Source of the DNA: Octopus sinensis | Taxonomy: Eukaryota | Assembly: GCF_006345805.1 (NCBI RefSeq) | Contig: NC_043014.1 | Span: 22,382,001 to 22,446,000, forward strand | DNA: 64,000 bases | Direction of reading: 5' to 3' | In this document: positions 58,855 to 64,000 of the stretch, piece by piece | How positions within the stretch are numbered: position 1 is the first letter of the stretch | Layout: every line of letters starts with the position of its first letter | Position numbers and translations under genes: made by a program | Notes under the pieces: model-generated | The model's input: only the letters and a program-made list of their open reading frames with translations | Told to the model about the DNA's origin: nothing | The model's database searches: none

Positions 58855-60113
58855 CAGGGGTTGGACAAAATAATGGAAACACCTTAAAATTTCAAACAAA
58901 TTTATTTTAATATGATGTAGGACTGCCTTGGGCAGTAATTACAGCTTGAATACTTCGAGGTATGGACTTGTACAAAGTTTGAATTGTTTCCAAAGGAATT
59001 TTTGTCCATTCTTCAGCTAAAACAGTCTCCAGTTCTTGTAGTGATGATGTTTTTCTAAAATGCACCATAAATGTTCAATAATATTGAGATCTGGGGACTG
59101 TGGTGGCTGTAAAGTGAAGTTGAACATGTGGTGGCCCACATGTTCAACTTCACTAGAATGTACCTCGTGCCATTCAATAACAACTTTAGCTGTGTGAATT
59201 GGTGCATTATCATCCTGAAAGATTGTATTTCCCTCCGGAAACAGTTCCACAACCATAGGATGAATTTGATCAGATAAAATATTTAAATAATCTTGGCTAT
59301 TAATTCTACCATGAAGGGAAAGCATTGGGCTGGCGGATTTCCAAGATAGAGCCCCCCCCCCCCCCGATCATCACAGATCCTCCTCCATGTTTAACAGTTG
59401 GAAGAAGGCAGTCTGGGTCAAATGCTTCTTTCAGCTGTCTCCACACATATACTCAGCCGGTGGTTGGAAATAAGGTAAAGGATGACTCGTCTGAGAAAAT
59501 AACATTCTTCCACTGCTCTAAGGAACAATTCTATAGGTTTTTACTCCACTCTAAATGCTTTGCAATGTTTGTTTTCAAAAGTAGTGGTTTTCTGATTGCA
59601 GCACCCCCGTGAAATCTGGCTTTGTGCAGCTCCCGGTGAACAGTTTTTGTGGAAACTGGGTTCTCGAGGTAGTCATTAAGCTCTGCAGTAATTTTGGAAG
59701 CTGTATTTTTGTGATCCTTTCTAACAATTCGCGTAAGAGTCCGACGGTCCCTATCTGAAAATTTTGGTTTTCTTCTGGAGTTTTGTTTCGACGAGGAGGT
59801 TTTTCCCTCTTTCTCAAAGGCTGTCATTACTTTCAAAGCAGTACTTCTTGATACACCAAACATTTTGGCTGTTTTCTTTACGCTAGCACCTGCCATACAA
59901 GCACCAACAATTTGGCCTCTTTGAAAGTCTAATAGATCTGTCATTTTAATTACCTTTTTCTGATGATATCTGAACAGAAACAGCAATTTTAGCAAAACAT
60001 ATTAAGCAACACTAATAATAAATCAAAAATCAAAAATAAACAAACTTTTGATGGTTTTATAGATATTTCAAAATTATGATGCTAGGTGTTTCCATTATTT
60101 TGTCCAATCCCTG
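58855..60113 (-). mobile_element. Full-length Tc1-type DNA transposon with ~30-bp TIRs, TA target duplication and an inactivated transposase
   Basis: TA|CAGGGGTTGGACAAAATAATGGAAACACCT ... AGGTGTTTCCATTATTTTGTCCAATCCCTG|TA (1 mismatch). Transposase from ATG 59944 has paired HTH (FQRGQIVG), FSDES, FQDDNAPIH and SPDLNIIEHLW, with stop and frameshifts. Confidence 0.95.
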
Positions 60114-60830
60114 TATTCTGGAGTGTAGTACAAGAAGAACATGTTTTAAAACAATTTTCCCTGCAAAAGCAGGTATTGGCTTAGCATGTCTCATTGATTG
60201 TCCTCCATTTAGCTCTACATCCACCTCATGAATCTCCTTGCTTTCATTTCCTCCTTCATCATCATCATCATTAATCATGTCTTTTTCCGTCTTCCCCACT
60301 TCCTCTACTTCCTTTCACACTCATTTTCATCACTTCTCCTATTCAGTTGCTTTCACCCTCTCTCAGTATATAATCCAACCATTCATCCCATTTTTTTACA
60401 CATCCATCACTGGCTTTTCTCTCATAATCTTGTGTAATTTATTGTTTGTCCTCTCTCATACTTTATTCATTCACTGAGCCATTCTAATTCAGTATCTTTC
60501 CAGCTTTCTGCGTTGCTCTACAATCATTACCCATGTCACACTCATAAATCCTAGCACTTCTCATATCCTCACACATACAACTTAAACCTTTCCCTTTACT
60601 TTCAATGCACATCTCTCCTCATTGCTAATGCCACTCAGAACTTCTTTCATGCACATCACACTTTAGCAACTGCTGCTAAGTCTGTAGTGTCTTCTCCATT
60701 CAACATATCTCCTAGGTAATGTTTTCACACATTACTTTTTTATACCATTTCCAAGATTCAGCTCAATATTCCTTCTCTTTTATAGTTCCCTTTCTACATA
60801 CCTTACGCACTTAAATGTAGCTATCACATT

Positions 60831-61212
60831 ATTCTTTTACTTGTTTCAGTCATTTGACTATGGCCATGCTGGTGCACCGCCTTTAGTCAAGCAAATTGTA
60901 AGCCTAGTACTTTTTTTATCAATCTCATTTGCCGAACCGCTAAGTTACGGGGGACATATACACACCAGCATCAGTTGTCAAGTGATGTTGGAGGGACAAA
61001 CATAGACACTCACACACACACACATATATATGTATACATATACATATATATATGACAGGCTTCTTTCAGTTTCCGTCTACCAAATCCACTCACAAGGCTT
61101 CAGTCGGCGCGAGGCTATAGAAGACATTTGCCCAAGGTGCCACGCATTGGGACTGAACCCAGAACCATGTAGTTGGTAAGCAAGCTACTAACCACACAGC
61201 CACTCCTGCGCC
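60831..61212 (-). mobile_element. Full-length tRNA-derived SINE, inverted partner of 61521-61907
   Basis: Reverse complement of the downstream copy over its whole length. Confidence 0.88.
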
Positions 61213-61520
61213 ATTAGTTAATAACTCTCACATATCATTACATTTTTAGTAAACCCACCAGTGCATGTTGTACATTTATTGAAGTTTACTCTAATACCTC
61301 TCCTTTACACTCACTCAACCACTTCCCTTTTTTATCCACTTCAGTACATGCTTTATCACTTGCTATGACCTTCATCTTTTCCATATCTACCTTCATACCT
61401 TTTACTCACTCATACATCAGCATCACTGTTGTAACAAACCACTGTTTAGCCCATGTTATTATTGAATATGTAGTACAGGTGTCTTAATTGGGTGCCAATA
61501 TTTAACTATAAAATACAGAT

Positions 61521-61907
61521 GAGTGGCTGTGTGGTAAGTAGCTTGTCTACCAACCACATGGTTCCGGGTTCAGTCCCACTGCGTGGCACCTTGGGCATCT
61601 GTCTTCTACTATAGCCTCGGGCCGACCAAAGCCTTGTGAGTGGATTTGGTAGACGGAAACTGAAAGAAGCCCGTCGTATATATATATATATGTGCGTGTG
61701 TGTGTATGTGTTTGTCCCCTAGCATTGTTTGACAACCGATGCTGGTGTGTTTATGTCCCCGTTACTTAGCGGTTCGGCAAAAGAGACCGATAGAATAAGT
61801 ACTGGGCTTACAAAAGAATAAGTCCCGGGGTCGAGTTGCTCGATTAAAGGCGGTGCTCCAGCATGGCCGCAGTCAAATGACTGAAACAAGTAAAAGAGTA
61901 AAGAGTA
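61521..61907 (+). mobile_element. Young full-length tRNA-derived SINE with internal (TA)n(TG)n
   Basis: A-box tggctgtgtggt and B-box gggttcagtccc, CpGs retained, tail aagtaaaagagtaaagagta. Confidence 0.88.
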
Positions 61908-62419
61908 TCAGAACTAGGATTGGTAGAAATATAGGAATAGCAAGGTAAGAAAAGCAAAGGTTATAGTAGTGGTAGAAGAGGTTAAAGAGAAGACGGGTGG
62001 GTGTTAACTATCTTAGGTTCTTCATAATTGCAGTTTCAATTGATGTTCTTTTGCTCCAATTCACTTTTAACAGACATGTCCAAAGGCATTCCAGCCTTGA
62101 CAAGCTTTTTGCTTTCTTTTTTTTGATGAATCTAAATCTATCCTTTGTTTTCAGGATACCAAGTTGGAGTCAAAAGTTTTTTTGTATTTCAAGCTTTAAT
62201 TCCAATATGAAATGACTAGAAACAATGACAGTTCAGCAGTTTTGTTTTCTGAATCCCATTCACGTTTCATTTGATTTCTTTCTACATCGAAACTTTTCTT
62301 TTTGATAAAGAAAACAAAATTCTTTCAATTTTGACCTGCCTGAGAATTATATACAAATTATACACAGACAAATTATATACAAAAAGTGTTTATTTATCAA
62401 AATATATGTCATATTCTAT

Positions 62420-63330
62420 TATTTGCTGTGGTCATTATTGCAGAAGCTCAATTTCACACTTATACTATCTGGCTGGTTTAGAGGCAAAGTCTCCCTGCAT
62501 CCATTTGTTGAACTTCTGTCCATGCAGGAAATGAGCTGTGGCTCAGAAGAGGTGCTAATCTGATGGTGCAAGGTCTGGACTGTAGGCATGGTGAAGCAGC
62601 ACTTACATCCCCTCAAGTTTGTGCTTGGTCACATTGGCAGTGTGTGCTGGGGCATTGCCATGTTGTAGGAGTATATGTCTCCAATTGACCAGTGCTGGGT
62701 AGCAGGCTTTCAAAAAATCATATACTCACTGCAGTTGTTGAGCATAAAGATTAATATTCACAACATGACTATCTGGGACAGCTCAAAATGCAACACCTCT
62801 TTGAAATTCCACCAAACACACATGACCTTGTTTGACAACAGGTTCTGAAGTCTGTCTGAAATGAAGCCACTGATTTCTTATATTAGGATTACAAAAACAG
62901 ATCCATTTTTCATTGCTAGTTTGATACCAAAAATGGGCATCTCAAGGATTTGCCAATAATTGTTTGCAAATATTCACACATACATTGTTGAGTCTGGTCA
63001 GCTCTTGAGGAGCCTCTCAACATCTCTTCACAAAGCTGAGCTTATGGAGTGTTGAGGATGTGCTTTGTGAAGGACCAAGTTCTTCCAACAATGTGTAAGT
63101 GCATGTGCTTGGCTGTTCAACGATTTCAAGTGACGCCTCATTTTCCATAACAGGTCTCTCTGACCTTGGTTTATGTTCAAGACTGGTGTCACTTTCCTTT
63201 AAATATCTGAAGCAGTCTTGTGCCACATGTTTGTTGCATTTCTTTTGCTGTTGCCTTTGCAGTTAGACCATTTTTCCACACAAGTAACATAAAAAATGGC
63301 TCTAATTGCAATTTTTTTCACCACTCATTA
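62420..63330 (-). mobile_element. Decayed mariner (DD34D) transposase relic
   Basis: Minus strand reads LEHKPRSERP, LQHGNAPAHTA and HAYSPDLAPSD*HLF. Confidence 0.8.
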
Positions 63331-63645
63331 TCAAAGCTGTAAAATAAAGAATAAACAATTCAGCAATGATTGGACAAGTTGTATCAAATTAATTATATTG
63401 CATGGAGAATAAAGTTGCCAAAGATCATCAGTGAAAATCACCAAAAAGTTTTGACTCACCTGGTAGTAGGCTGTTATTTGAAGGAAATTTGGGTGCTATT
63501 TCTAGCAAGTAAAGTAAGCACACTGATTATATATATATCTATATATATGTATATGTAGGGAGAGTTTACGAAAAAAACAAAAGACGAAGACAGGTGGTGT
63601 ACAAAACAAACAGATGTATTAGTATAACGTTCAGAAATAGAAAAA

Positions 63646-63687
63646 GTCTTTTATGTTTCGAGCCTACGCTCTTCTACAGAAAGGGAC
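63646..63687 (-). ncRNA. Minimal hammerhead-like motif within a short (TA)n-adjacent repeat element (~63558-63720)
   Basis: GUCCCUUU CUGUAGAA GAGC-GUAG-GCUC GAAA CAUA AAAGAC. Stems I and II pair, but the core is atypical. Confidence 0.45.
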
Positions 63688-64000
63688 ATAGAAAAAAACA
63701 AGGAGAGAAATGAAAAAAGCACAATTTATTTGTGATCAGAGACATTCCTAAACCGATATACTAGTGTATTAAATGAATATGAGAAAGACCGGAGATAAAG
63801 CACGATTTATTCGTGTTGTTTGAAAACTTAGGTACTACTGTATATATATTTATATATATATATTCATATCTAACTTCTATAAAGTAGCGTACTTATTGAC
63901 AGCAATCTTGGTGTTTTGCAACCAGTTTTTTTGTTTTCTCAGACTCTCTTTGTGAGCCTGGTAAATGTGGATAATGCTTGTCCAATTTGTCTGTTGATCT

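Overview
AT-rich, microsatellite- and SINE/LINE-dense eukaryotic DNA. The repeat landscape suggests an octopod cephalopod (inference). The first 27 kb holds the 3' part of a capicua (cic) gene on the + strand. Ten exons (3007-27371) splice together in frame at canonical GT-AG sites, giving about 1,615 aa. They carry the KVKA..ANIP motif, the VDFE.RF..LP block and the complete C1 domain; the HMG box lies upstream of the window. One cic exon contains an unusual array of dozens of hexapeptide R-Q-S/T-x-(I/L/M)-D/E repeats, a dense cluster of basophilic kinase-like motifs. The cic introns hold a Penelope-like (Naiad-type, DKT) retroelement with a hammerhead-ribozyme fold at its 3' end, inverted RTE LINE copies whose RT carries an inserted PHD finger, R4-like LINE fragments, many SINEs and a decayed partial copy of the C1 exon. 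Downstream are a long probable 3' UTR, a near-identical 1.12 kb tandem duplication (possibly an assembly artefact), LINE and DNA-transposon relics and a 20-bp minisatellite. The window ends with a small divergent EF-hand gene (58282-58701), a full-length but dead Tc1-type element with TIRs, an inverted SINE pair, a mariner relic and a second minimal hammerhead-like motif. Family assignments rest on recalled motifs, not database searches.
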